DNA from: an uncultured Candidatus Saccharibacteria bacterium
GTDB lineage: Bacteria > Patescibacteriota > Minisyncoccia > Phycocordibacterales > DATGWK01
Reading direction: 5' to 3'
Length of the DNA: 64,000 nt
Assembly (NCBI GenBank): GCA_964492195.1
Contig: CAZBJL010000001.1
Span: 79,082-143,081, forward strand
Below the pieces are notes generated by a model. The model did not search any database. It had not been told where the DNA came from and saw only the letters and a list, made by a program, of their open reading frames with translations. Below, piece after piece: positions 27,435 through 36,353 of this stretch (position 1 is its first letter; every line of letters starts with the position of its first letter). A program made the position numbers and the translations under genes.

Positions 27435-27544
27435 AAGCACTTATGCATATCTCAAAATGACCGCCATAAATTCTACTGAATTTTGGCTCACTCTCGGCGC
27501 CTACGCGCCTGCGAGAGTCATTTTTCAACATGCATAAGTGCTTC
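27435..27544. repeat. structured palindromic repeat, family B copy 2 (candidate ncRNA)
   Basis: Outer perfect 15 bp IR gaagcacttatgcat/atgcataagtgcttc, inner stem aaaatgac/gtcatttt. Core ccgcCATAAATTCTACTGAATTTTGgctc + ctctcg-(ggcgcc-tac-gcgcc)-tg-cgagag. Confidence 0.6.
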
Positions 27545-27567
27545 AGTTTGTTGCGGTAGAGGATACG

Positions 27568-28422
27568 ATGCAATATGATTACTCTATGGAAGACTTAAGT
27601 ACGACCCAAACAATTCTCCTCTGTGTTCTTGTGAGCTTTGTTACCTCAATTGGAACTGGAATTATTACCACTTCTTTTCTCCAGGAGGCTCCACAAACAG
27701 TAACCCAGACTATTAATCGCGTCGTTGAAAGGACAGTAGAAACAATCGTGCCACAGCAAACCGGCGGCCCAACTCGCCAAACGACGGTTGTTGTAAAAGA
27801 AGAAGACCTCGTTATTGATGCAATACAGAAAAGTCATGGCAATCTCGTGTGGATTACAAATAGCGAAAACCGCAACCAGTCGCCAGTTCGAAGTATTGGC
27901 GTTGTTGTTAAAAAAGACGGAACGATTCTTGCAGATAAAAGATTTGTGTTAGCAAGTGGAAGTTATAATGCCGTTTCGTTCGGAGATCAAACTCCATATT
28001 CGCTGTCTGTCCTTGCGGTAGGGAGAAATACAAATGCAATTTTTCTCAAACCCACAACAGTAAGTACCACTACAAAAGCCTTTGCTCCACTCGTATTGAG
28101 TAAACCTAACAGCATTCAGCTCGGCCAAACTGTCATCGCGATCGGAGGTAAGGAAAAAGAATCTGTAGCGATTGGAAGAATTATTTCTGTGAACACTTTG
28201 CCGCAAAATTCAGGTCAGGCAACAAGTACAAAAGTGATCGATACGATAGAAACAGACGCCGCGCTCCGTGACGGCATTCCGGGCTCTATACTCCTCAATC
28301 TTAACGGTGAAATTGCAGGATTCGAAAATTTTGACGCAGCTCGAGGCCTCGAATCCATCTATACATCTATCAATATTATTAAGAACGAAAACCCTTCATT
28401 CTTCGAACCTTCTACAATCTAA
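27568..28422 (+). CDS. membrane-anchored trypsin-like (HtrA/S1C-like) domain protein, catalytic triad substituted (pseudoprotease)
   Basis: TDAALRDGIPGSILLNLNGEIAGFEN aligns to HtrA TDAAINPGNSGGPL-VN-NGE-IGIN with Ser replaced by Pro. The His region reads ILADKRFV and the Asp region NAIFLKP. Confidence 0.5.
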   Translation: MQYDYSMEDLSTTQTILLCVLVSFVTSIGTGIITTSFLQEAPQTVTQTINRVVERTVETIVPQQTGGPTRQTTVVVKEEDLVIDAIQKSHGNLVWITNSENRNQSPVRSIGVVVKKDGTILADKRFVLASGSYNAVSFGDQTPYSLSVLAVGRNTNAIFLKPTTVSTTTKAFAPLVLSKPNSIQLGQTVIAIGGKEKESVAIGRIISVNTLPQNSGQATSTKVIDTIETDAALRDGIPGSILLNLNGEIAGFENFDAARGLESIYTSINIIKNENPSFFEPSTI

Positions 28423-28476
28423 AAATCTTTCTTTTTGCTGTTTTTGTGCTATTATTGGGGTCTAAAAATACGACAC

Positions 28477-31167
28477 ATGCCTCCATTTAATCACTTCACA
28501 ACCAAAGCCAAAGAAGCCATCAGAAAAGCCCACGAGCTTGCTATTGAACGTGGTCAAAATCACGTAAATCCAATGCATTTATTGGCCGCTTTGATCCTTC
28601 AGGAAGAAAGCATGGTTACCTCTATTTTGGAAAAACTCGACACCGACACTGTTCTTCTTACAGATTCTATCCTCGAAGCTATCGAAAGCCCCGATACTGG
28701 TGGCACCCTTTCTCCTTCATATCAGATTTACCTCACGCCAGAGTTGGCACAGTCGATCGAAAGCAGTACAAAAATTGCTTCGTCACTCCAAGATGAATTT
28801 GTTTCTACCGAGCATTTGTTCTTAGCAATTTTGGATGGTCAAAGTCATGCGCGTGAACTTCTCGCTCGGTTCAAAATCAACAAAGAAAAAGTTTTGAAAG
28901 TTCTCGAAGAACTCAAACGCACAAAAACTGTCGACGCATCGCAGTCTAAAAAACCAAAATCAATTTTGAAATATACTCGAAGTCTTACAAAGCTCGCGCA
29001 AGAAAATAAACTCGACCCTGTCATCGGCCGAGATACAGAAATTTCTCGCATCATTCAAATTCTTTCTCGCCGCAAAAAGAATAATCCAATTCTCATCGGT
29101 GAAGCCGGCGTTGGAAAAACTGCAATCGCCGAAGGTTTGGCAATAAAAATGGCGACAGGGGACGTACCAGAATCTCTTAAAGGCAAAGAACTCGTTTCGC
29201 TCGACCTTGGTTTGCTTATTGCAGGTACCAAATATCGCGGTGAGTTTGAAGAACGTCTCAAAAACATCATAAAAGAAATCGAACGTTCTGAAGGAAAGAT
29301 TATTCTTTTCATTGATGAAATTCACACAATCGTTGGAGCTGGCGCTGCTGAAGGTTCTATTGATGCTTCAAATATGCTCAAACCTCCGCTCGCGCGTGGC
29401 GAACTTCGTGCGATCGGCGCAACAACCCTCAAGGAATACCAAAAATATATTGAAAAGGATCCTGCGCTTACGCGACGTTTCCAGCCAGTGTATGTAAACG
29501 AACCAGCAGTTGAAGATGCGATTGCAATTTTGCGTGGTCTTAAGGACAAATACGAGCTCTATCACGGTGTGCGTATTACTGACGATGCAATTCGGGCAGC
29601 AGTTATTTTAAGCAGTCGTTACATTACAGATCGTTTCTTGCCAGACAAAGCTGTTGACCTCATCGACGAAGCCGCGTCTTTCCGCCGAATTTCTCTCGAA
29701 AATATGCCGCCAGTTCTTGCTGAAGCTCATTCAAAGATTATGCGTCTTGAAATTGAAAAAGAAGCGCTTTCAAAAGAAGTGAAGACGACAAAAAGTGCAA
29801 AAACAAAACTCCGTTTGAAGGAAATTGAAAAAGAAATTGCTGATTTGAAAGAAGAAACATCCGAACTCGAGCTCAAATGGAAAAATGAAAAGGAAACTGT
29901 TAACGAACTCAAGAAAATAAAGAAAGAACTCGAGGCACTTCGTCATGAATCCGAAAGTGCAGAAGTCCGCATCGATCTCGCAAAGGTTGCTGAAATTCGC
30001 TATGGCAAAATCCCCGAACTCGAAAAGGAACTCGATGTAAAAACAAAACGTCTCAAAAAACTCCAAAGTTCACGAAGTATTTTGCGAGAAGAAATCACTG
30101 AACCCGACATTGCCGAAATTGTTTCGCGTTGGACGGGGATTCCGATGGCTCGCATGCTCGAAGCAGAAGCTGAAAAGTTAAGCCGTATGGAAGAATTTCT
30201 CAAGCGACGAATCGTGGGTCAAGATAATGCGGTTAGTGTTATTTCAGACACCGTGAAGCGTTCACGTGCAGGAATTTCTGACCCGAATCGTCCTATCGGT
30301 TCATTCCTTTTTATGGGCCCAACAGGTGTGGGTAAAACAGAACTCACAAAGGCTCTCGCAGAATTTATGTTTGATGATGACAAGGCTCTCATCCGTGTCG
30401 ACATGTCAGAATTCATGGAGAAACATGCAGTTTCTAAACTCATCGGTGCGCCGCCAGGATACGTTGGTTATGAAGAAGGTGGAGCTTTGACTGAACTTGT
30501 TCGTCACCGACCATACGCTGTTATTCTTTTTGACGAAATCGAAAAGGCGCATCCAGAAGTCTTCAATATCCTTCTCCAGGTTTTGGACAACGGTCGTCTT
30601 ACCGATGCCAAAGGCCGTGTCGTGAATTTCAAAAACACTGTCATTGTCCTTACTTCAAATATCGGTGCGCAGTTTATCGACCGAATGCAGAAAATTGGCT
30701 TTGCAGGAGACAAGACAGAAAAGGAATCCTACGAAGAAACAAAAAACCGCCTCATGAATGCGCTTAAGGAATACTTCAAGCCGGAATTCTTGAATCGTCT
30801 TGATGACATTATTATCTTCGATGTCTTGAGCAAAGAGGCAATTATGAATATTGCCAAAATCCAGGTTGAGCTTGTCAAAGAACGTCTCGCCCAGAAAGAA
30901 ATTTCTCTTGAAATCTCACCGCTTGCGATCGAACACTTGGCAAAAGAAGGATACAACCCACAATACGGTGCGCGACCACTTCGTCGACTTATTCAGAGTA
31001 AAATCCTCAATCAAGTCGCGTCACTTATTATTTCAAAGGGAATTGTAAGGGGCGGAATTGTGGTTGTTGATGTAAAAAATGGTGAGTTTACGTTTGATGT
31101 AAAGAAAGGCCGCAAAGGAAGTCTTGTTGATGAGCCGATTCTTTCGACCGAGCCAGTCACACAGTAA
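28477..31167 (+). CDS. clpB: ATP-dependent chaperone ClpB
   Basis: Two AAA+ modules ([15 protein letters not shown]; [15 protein letters not shown]), long middle coiled coil, Clp N domain. Start at MPPFNHF. Confidence 0.92.
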   Translation: MPPFNHFTTKAKEAIRKAHELAIERGQNHVNPMHLLAALILQEESMVTSILEKLDTDTVLLTDSILEAIESPDTGGTLSPSYQIYLTPELAQSIESSTKIASSLQDEFVSTEHLFLAILDGQSHARELLARFKINKEKVLKVLEELKRTKTVDASQSKKPKSILKYTRSLTKLAQENKLDPVIGRDTEISRIIQILSRRKKNNPILIGEAGVGKTAIAEGLAIKMATGDVPESLKGKELVSLDLGLLIAGTKYRGEFEERLKNIIKEIERSEGKIILFIDEIHTIVGAGAAEGSIDASNMLKPPLARGELRAIGATTLKEYQKYIEKDPALTRRFQPVYVNEPAVEDAIAILRGLKDKYELYHGVRITDDAIRAAVILSSRYITDRFLPDKAVDLIDEAASFRRISLENMPPVLAEAHSKIMRLEIEKEALSKEVKTTKSAKTKLRLKEIEKEIADLKEETSELELKWKNEKETVNELKKIKKELEALRHESESAEVRIDLAKVAEIRYGKIPELEKELDVKTKRLKKLQSSRSILREEITEPDIAEIVSRWTGIPMARMLEAEAEKLSRMEEFLKRRIVGQDNAVSVISDTVKRSRAGISDPNRPIGSFLFMGPTGVGKTELTKALAEFMFDDDKALIRVDMSEFMEKHAVSKLIGAPPGYVGYEEGGALTELVRHRPYAVILFDEIEKAHPEVFNILLQVLDNGRLTDAKGRVVNFKNTVIVLTSNIGAQFIDRMQKIGFAGDKTEKESYEETKNRLMNALKEYFKPEFLNRLDDIIIFDVLSKEAIMNIAKIQVELVKERLAQKEISLEISPLAIEHLAKEGYNPQYGARPLRRLIQSKILNQVASLIISKGIVRGGIVVVDVKNGEFTFDVKKGRKGSLVDEPILSTEPVTQ

Positions 31168-31229
31168 AAAACGAGAAAAACCGCTCCGACTATGCCCGAA
31201 GCGGTTTTTCCTATACAATAGTCGACATT

Positions 31230-31313
31230 GCGTAGGTGGCGGAGCGGTCAATCGCAACAGACTGTAAATCTGTCGACCATTGGTCTTCGCAGGTTCGAAT
31301 CCTGCCCTACGCA
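31230..31313 (+). tRNA. tRNA-Tyr (anticodon GTA), long variable arm
   Basis: Acceptor GCGTAGG/CCTACGC, anticodon stem ACAGA/TCTGT with loop CTGTAAA, T arm GCAGGTTCGAATCCTGC. Confidence 0.85.
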
Positions 31314-31361
31314 CCGTAGTTTTGCTGTTCTTTTAATATCGGCTCACGTTTGGAGGGAACT

Positions 31362-31538
31362 ATGTCCAAGAAAGAAAGAGGACTGGATGGTTTTGTAGAG
31401 CGAATGATGCAAGAAAGAGGAGATCAAGTTGCCTGCATGCAAAAGCAAGCACGGTTGAACTTCCGTCTGGGTCTCGTGGTGGGTTTGTTTTTCGGTGTAT
31501 TACTTGGTGTTATGGTTGTTTCTGTCTTTAGCCGCTAA
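31362..31538 (+). CDS. hypothetical small membrane protein (58 aa)
   Basis: GGAGGGAAct SD. C-terminal TM helix LGLVVGLFFGVLLGVMVVSVF. Terminator hairpin agccgc-taaca-gcggct plus T-run at 31530-31555. Confidence 0.4.
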   Translation: MSKKERGLDGFVERMMQERGDQVACMQKQARLNFRLGLVVGLFFGVLLGVMVVSVFSR

Positions 31539-31586
31539 CAGCGGCTTTTTCTTTTCCAACAAAGTAAAGTCTGTTAATCTTCATAC

Positions 31587-32717
31587 ATGCAAGACTCCGA
31601 AACAAAAGGCCTTCGAACATGGATTGAAATTGATCGTGCGGCAATTGCGCATAATTACTCTTTACTCAGAAGCCTTCTTTCGCCTAAAACAAAATTCATG
31701 GCCGTGGTGAAGTCCAATGCCTACGGACACAACTTTATCGACTTTTCTAAAGAAATCGCCAAGCTTGGTGCGGATTGGCTTGGGGTCGATTCTATTGTTG
31801 AAGGTTTGGCATTACGTAAAGAGGGAATTAAAAATCCGATTCTGGTTTTGGGTTACACCTTGCCTGAACGTCTCGCAGAGGCAGCAGAAGCACATATTTC
31901 TCTTACCGTTTCGACATTTGAAACACTCGAAGCAATTTCAAAGCTAGACACTGCACTTTCTATTCATATCAAAGTCGATACTGGCATGCATCGGCAAGGC
32001 TTCCAAGCAGAACAGATGCAAGAAGTGATTTCGACTCTCACATCTTTGCCGAAACATATTTCTGTTGAAGGTTTGTTTACTCATTTTGCTGCAGCAAAAA
32101 ATCCTGGGACGACAGAAAAAACTCTCGCCCAGATCGCAGAGTTTGAAATGTGGCAAAAAGCTTTTGGTGATGCAGGATTTTCTCCGCTCATTCATGCGTC
32201 TGCAAGCGCAGGTGCGATGGTCTACCCGCAGGCTCACTTCGATATGGTGCGTTTTGGGATTGCGATGTATGGAGTCTGGCCATCTTCTGAAGTGAAGGGA
32301 TCCGAAAAGGGTATGGATTTGAAACCGATTCTTTCCTGGAAAACGATTATTGGTGAAATAAAAAATGTAAAAAAGGGAGAAGGGGTTGGGTATGATTTTA
32401 CAAACATATTGAAACGAGATTCAAAACTCGCCATTTGTCCGATTGGGTATTGGCATGGTTTGCCTCGTTCTGTTTCAAACAATGGAAGCGTGCTTGTCTG
32501 TGGAGCGCGCGCACCGATCACTGGCCGAGTTTCTATGGATATGATTACGATTGATGTAACTGATATTCCTGACGCAAAGGTGGGAAGTGTCGTCACTATC
32601 ATTGGCCGAGATGGCGGAGAAGAAATCCGCGCCGACAAAATCGCAGATCCAGAAAGGACTTCAGAATACGAGATCATTACAAGAATCAATCCGTTGATTA
32701 AGAGGATTTTTGTGTAG
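31587..32717 (+). CDS. alr: alanine racemase
   Basis: PLP-lysine motif AVVKSNAYGHN. C-terminal GRVSMDMITIDV pattern. Confidence 0.85.
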   Translation: MQDSETKGLRTWIEIDRAAIAHNYSLLRSLLSPKTKFMAVVKSNAYGHNFIDFSKEIAKLGADWLGVDSIVEGLALRKEGIKNPILVLGYTLPERLAEAAEAHISLTVSTFETLEAISKLDTALSIHIKVDTGMHRQGFQAEQMQEVISTLTSLPKHISVEGLFTHFAAAKNPGTTEKTLAQIAEFEMWQKAFGDAGFSPLIHASASAGAMVYPQAHFDMVRFGIAMYGVWPSSEVKGSEKGMDLKPILSWKTIIGEIKNVKKGEGVGYDFTNILKRDSKLAICPIGYWHGLPRSVSNNGSVLVCGARAPITGRVSMDMITIDVTDIPDAKVGSVVTIIGRDGGEEIRADKIADPERTSEYEIITRINPLIKRIFV

Positions 32718-32742
32718 TAATGAATTGTATTTCTATTCCAAT

Positions 32743-32885
32743 CCAGCTCTAAAGGAGGGTTTCGCAGCCCCTCACAAGGAGGGACAAGTCAGACCGGACT
32801 TTCGTCTGGTATTTCTCGAAAGTCCGGTCGTGGGCGAGAAGAGCGAAATTTCAGCAGAAATTTACGCGCCCTCCTGAAGAGCTGG
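32743..32885. repeat. structured palindromic repeat, family A copy 1 (candidate novel ncRNA)
   Basis: Terminal IR atccagctct/agagctggat. Nested helices aggaggg/ccctcct, 13 bp gaccggactttcg/cgaaagtccggtc, gcgaaattt-CAGCAG-aaattt(a)cgc. Conserved gtgggcgaga. Second copy at 50389-50512 with compensatory changes in every helix. Confidence 0.65.
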
Positions 32886-32937
32886 ATTACGCCATATCTT
32901 GCCTTTTTTGCACGTTTACTGTATATTTTCTCTCACT

Positions 32938-33096
32938 ATGTCACAAGACCATTTGATCAAACTTACCTGCACGAAATGCAAAGAAGTTAATTACTATACG
33001 ACTAAAAATCGTAAATCTGTTGAACGTAAAATAGAATTGAAGAAATTCTGCAAAACCTGCAAAAAGAGAACTCCTCACAAGGAATCTAAAAAGTAA
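32938..33096 (+). CDS. rpmG: 50S ribosomal protein L33
   Basis: MSQDHLIKLTCTKCKEVNYYTTKNRKSVERKIELKKFCKTCKKRTPHKESKK. Start taken at MSQDH. Confidence 0.8.
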   Translation: MSQDHLIKLTCTKCKEVNYYTTKNRKSVERKIELKKFCKTCKKRTPHKESKK

Positions 33097-33163
33097 TTTC
33101 TCCAAAATCGGCCTTCGGGCCGGTTTTGATTATGACCTCTCCCTCTGGTACGATGTACTCCGA

Positions 33164-33235
33164 GGGTCCATAGTTTCAATGGTAAAACGTCGGTTTCCAA
33201 AACCGCTGTTCCCCGTTCGAGTCGGGGTGGACCCG
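33164..33235 (+). tRNA. tRNA-Trp (anticodon CCA)
   Basis: Acceptor GGGTCCA/TGGACCC, D stem GTTT/AAAC, anticodon loop TTCCAAA, T arm CCCCGTTCGAGTCGGGG. Confidence 0.85.
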
Positions 33236-33335
33236 CTTTCTCGTGCAGTGTTCAAGACGCGTTGTTTTTTAAATTCATAAAAATATAAATAAAAAAACCG
33301 CATCAGGAAGTTGCCGCGGTCGGTTGGCACTTTTG

Positions 33336-33388
33336 TATAAAAGAAAACCACCATCTTGCGACAGGGTTTCCTGTGCGAGACGGTGGTT
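33336..33388 (-). terminator. rho-independent terminator for the minus-strand gene 33390..33658
   Basis: Long hairpin aaccaccatcttgcgacagg-gttt-cctgtgcgagacggtggtt followed on the minus strand by a T-rich run. Confidence 0.45.
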
Positions 33389-33389
33389 G

Positions 33390-33658
33390 TTACCATCCGT
33401 TGAGGCATAGCCGTAATGTAGCGATGGTCCACATGACGACTAATCCGTAGATGTCTGCTGGAATGGTTTTTTTGGCACCGGAAGTGATTCCGTAACCAAT
33501 ACGACCAATAAAGATTGTTCCAGACAGAAAGGCGAAAATAAAACTGCTGTGCACCTGGCCCCTGGTGATGCCTGAATAAATCTCATAGCCACCACCAAAC
33601 GTTACATATGTGAACACCAATATCTTGGTGATCCACGCCCACATGACGTCCTTTTTCA
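33390..33658 (-). CDS. hypothetical small membrane protein
   Basis: Start at MKKDVMWAWIT. Three hydrophobic helices. Confidence 0.4.
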
Positions 33659-33798
33659 TGGAACACCTCCATAATTCAAGGTACTTAATTCCTGCATACA
33701 TACAGGATTTACTACTGAATATTAGCATATTTACGGTAGTTTGTCAATGATAGGCGAAATACCGTCTGAATTAGGTTCAAATGCTATACTTTTAAAAA

Positions 33799-34461
33799 AT
33801 GGAACATTTTCCAACAAAGGATAGGCTGCACACAGATGTTCTTGAGGCCCAATATGGACCGATCCATTCTGTAGTTTTGCGTCATGATGATTCTATCCGA
33901 GAAGCAAAATTGGTCGATGAAAATAATATCTTGAGAACGTACGCACTTACGTTTCTTGATTATGATAAAGCTAATAAAGAAATTTCTGAGATAGACCACG
34001 AAATTAGAAATGGTGGTCTTATCGGAAAAACTTTTAGAGAACACGGATATACAATTAAGAAAAATGTTATTGATGTTTTTCTAATTTCGATTCCTGAATG
34101 GATGAAAAAAGATTTTCAAACTAACTCTGATCAGGCTAAAGCAAGAATTTCAGAATTTTACGCAAAGAAAGAAGGGTATACACCTCTTGTTTATGGAAAA
34201 GTATTAGAGATTTATTCGCCTGATTTCAGAAATCCAAAAGATGGAATAAATAATATAGATACCGATCAGGTTAATCCTGTTACGACCACTCTTGTTGAAG
34301 CGGGCATTCCAATAGAGGAGGTGTGGAGTCGACTTGATAGGGCAACGGAAAGGAACGAATGGGACGATGTTAAAAATAAGTTTGATCTGGCTGTAAGAAA
34401 CAGCATTTCAATGGTTGCTGAATTGCATCGGAAAACCGATGAATATTTACAATCTAGGTAG
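33799..34461 (+). CDS. hypothetical protein, AT-rich orphan gene
   Basis: 220 aa ORF, visibly lower GC than surrounding genes. No recognisable motif. Confidence 0.45.
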   Translation: MEHFPTKDRLHTDVLEAQYGPIHSVVLRHDDSIREAKLVDENNILRTYALTFLDYDKANKEISEIDHEIRNGGLIGKTFREHGYTIKKNVIDVFLISIPEWMKKDFQTNSDQAKARISEFYAKKEGYTPLVYGKVLEIYSPDFRNPKDGINNIDTDQVNPVTTTLVEAGIPIEEVWSRLDRATERNEWDDVKNKFDLAVRNSISMVAELHRKTDEYLQSR

Positions 34462-34658
34462 TTATTTACCTGCACGAATGGCTTTGCGCAAGTAGTGTAA
34501 AATATACCTATTTCCGTCAATCTGGGCTTGACCACTCACGGTTCGAGCTCGAGACGGTCCGCCTTCGCTCCGCCGTAGCTCACTTGTGAGCGAAGGCGAG
34601 CTTCAGTTGCAGCGTAGCTATGGCGTAGGAACCCCGCCCATTAAAGTCTCTTAAAAAT

Positions 34659-34695
34659 AAATAATAAAAAATCCCCCACACGTTCGTGCGGGGGA
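34659..34695 (-). terminator. rho-independent terminator for the LMW-PTP-like gene
   Basis: tcccccacacgttcgtgcggggga hairpin with a T-run on the minus strand. Confidence 0.5.
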
Positions 34696-34701
34696 GGTGA
34701 T

Positions 34702-35193
34702 TCACAATTCGAGTTGTCCGGTGATTGCTCGAGCAACCTGGGATAGTTTCTGAAGACAGGCTTCGTACGCCTTGTCGCGTTTCCTGCCCGCTGGTTCGAG
34801 TTTGGGATCACTGACGCCGTCTTCTTCGGGGTTAATGAGCTCAATTCGAGCTCGCGGAAAGGTAAGGCGAGAAGTTCGGAGAAAATCTCGGACCTCGGCA
34901 TCAACACAAAGCACAAGCTGGAAGGAGTTCAAATCGATTTCATCGATACGTTGACTTCGGTGCTGCATAAGTCCAAGACCAACTTCTTGGAGGAGTCTAT
35001 CCGCAGTCGCATCCATTTTTTCGCGAACTTTCCTTACACCAATCCCAGCGCTGGCCACATTGAACTTGTGGCCATTGCTGAACAACTCCTGCATGATGAA
35101 CACCTTGAGTGCCGGCGCTCGGCAGGTGTCTGTACTGTCGACGCAGAGAATGTTTCGGATCGCAATAGCTCTCGATTTTCTTTTCTTACCCAC
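34702..35193 (-). CDS. low-molecular-weight phosphotyrosine phosphatase / ArsC-like protein with non-canonical P-loop
   Basis: ILCVDSTDTCRAP in place of CxGNxCRS. Conserved DP loop (GVSDPK) and overall LMW-PTP layout. Confidence 0.45.
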   Translation of the reverse strand: MGKKRKSRAIAIRNILCVDSTDTCRAPALKVFIMQELFSNGHKFNVASAGIGVRKVREKMDATADRLLQEVGLGLMQHRSQRIDEIDLNSFQLVLCVDAEVRDFLRTSRLTFPRARIELINPEEDGVSDPKLEPAGRKRDKAYEACLQKLSQVARAITGQLEL

Positions 35194-35279
35194 GTTCCGC
35201 TCCTTTTTAGGTTGGTGTTGTGTTCAAATTCTGGCAACAGTGTGACATATCTTGAGGGAAAATCAAGAGCATTGCATAT

Positions 35280-36182
35280 TTATATATTCAAAAACTGTTC
35301 GACGTGCTTTTCTATTTCATTCAAGGATTTTGGATGAAACCAGGTAATTCGTGTGTCTTTTCTAAACCAAGTCCTTTGTTTTTTTGCGAATTGCCAGATA
35401 TGGAGTTCGAGATCTGCTATCATTTTTTCTCTACTTATTTTGTGTTGCAGAAATTCAGCAATCGAACGATATTCCAAACCAAAACTCTCAAGCCTTTTCC
35501 ATGAAAGACCATTTTTGTGCAAGACTTCCACCTCTGCAATCATTCCTTCGTCGATTCTTGTTTTGAGTCGTGTGTTGATTTTATTTTGTAATTCCTCGTC
35601 AGACAATTCTGTGCCAATGAAAAGTGGGGAATAAAGTTCTGGACCTTTTTTGATTCTGGGAACGGTACCAAGTGCAGTGGCAATTTCTATTGCGCGTACG
35701 AGTCGTACCGGATTATCTTTGTCTATGGTTTTGAAACGTTTTGGATCTAATTCTTCGAGAATTTCACACAGTTCCTCTACACTTTTTTTCTCTAGTTTTT
35801 TGCGAAGTGTAAGGTTTGGTGCGACATTCGGAAAAAGAATGGAATCAACAAGGGCTTGAATATAAAATCGAGATCCGCCGCAAATGATCGGTACCTTACC
35901 TCGACTTACAATCTCCTTAATTTTTTCTTGACCCAGCTTCTGAAACTCTGCGACTGTAAAAACTTTTTTGGGTGAAGCAATGTCGAGAAGATAATGAGCA
36001 ATTCCCTCCATTTCTTTTTCCGTAATTTTGCCACTGCCAAGGTTGAGGCCTTTGTAAACCTGTCTTGAGTCAGCAGAAATTACTTCGCCATTGTATGTGT
36101 GTGCGAGTGTGACCGCGAGAGCACTTTTGCCAGAAGCCGTCGGGCCGACGACAACGAGTATGTTGGGTGTATGTTTTGCCAC
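35280..36182 (-). CDS. miaA: tRNA dimethylallyltransferase
   Basis: P-loop GPTASGKS, ISADSRQVYKGL motif. Confidence 0.88.
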   Translation of the reverse strand: MAKHTPNILVVVGPTASGKSALAVTLAHTYNGEVISADSRQVYKGLNLGSGKITEKEMEGIAHYLLDIASPKKVFTVAEFQKLGQEKIKEIVSRGKVPIICGGSRFYIQALVDSILFPNVAPNLTLRKKLEKKSVEELCEILEELDPKRFKTIDKDNPVRLVRAIEIATALGTVPRIKKGPELYSPLFIGTELSDEELQNKINTRLKTRIDEGMIAEVEVLHKNGLSWKRLESFGLEYRSIAEFLQHKISREKMIADLELHIWQFAKKQRTWFRKDTRITWFHPKSLNEIEKHVEQFLNI

Positions 36183-36192
36183 AAAACGAATG

Positions 36193-36274
36193 TGCCGGGA
36201 GAGAGAATCGAACTCTCAAGGATTGCTCCGCACGATTTTGAGTCGTGTGCGTCTACCAATTCCGCCATCCCGGC
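36193..36274 (-). tRNA. tRNA-Leu (anticodon CAA)
   Basis: Acceptor GCCGGGA/TCCCGGC, anticodon stem CACGA/TCGTG with loop CTCAAAA, long variable arm. Confidence 0.85.
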
Positions 36275-36353
36275 AGAGCTTCACTTTACTAGAAAAGCCC
36301 CAAAAATCAACGGTGCCGGTATTCTCGTAAAATCAATATGCTAAAATACTTCC

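Noticed and set aside
29770-30066. Phe/Glu-rich 98 aa antisense ORF inside clpB
   Set aside because: Antisense to the ClpB coiled-coil coding region. Low-complexity artefact of the K/E-rich sense strand.
32743-32885. Family-A copy 1 as RNase P RNA (contains CGAAAGTCCGG resembling the P4 strand GAAAGUCCGG)
   Set aside because: The motif is part of helix P3 and changes to CGAAAATGCGACC in copy 2. The element is only ~140 nt and lacks other RNase P conserved blocks.
33130-33432. 100 aa minus-strand ORF
   Set aside because: Covers tRNA-Trp (33164-33235) and a terminator hairpin. Artefact.
34521-34640. tmRNA (ssrA) 5' end
   Set aside because: Only the first ~25 nt resemble tmRNA. No tRNA-Ala-like T-arm/acceptor 3' end or tag reading frame found nearby. 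Left as an unexplained structured element.
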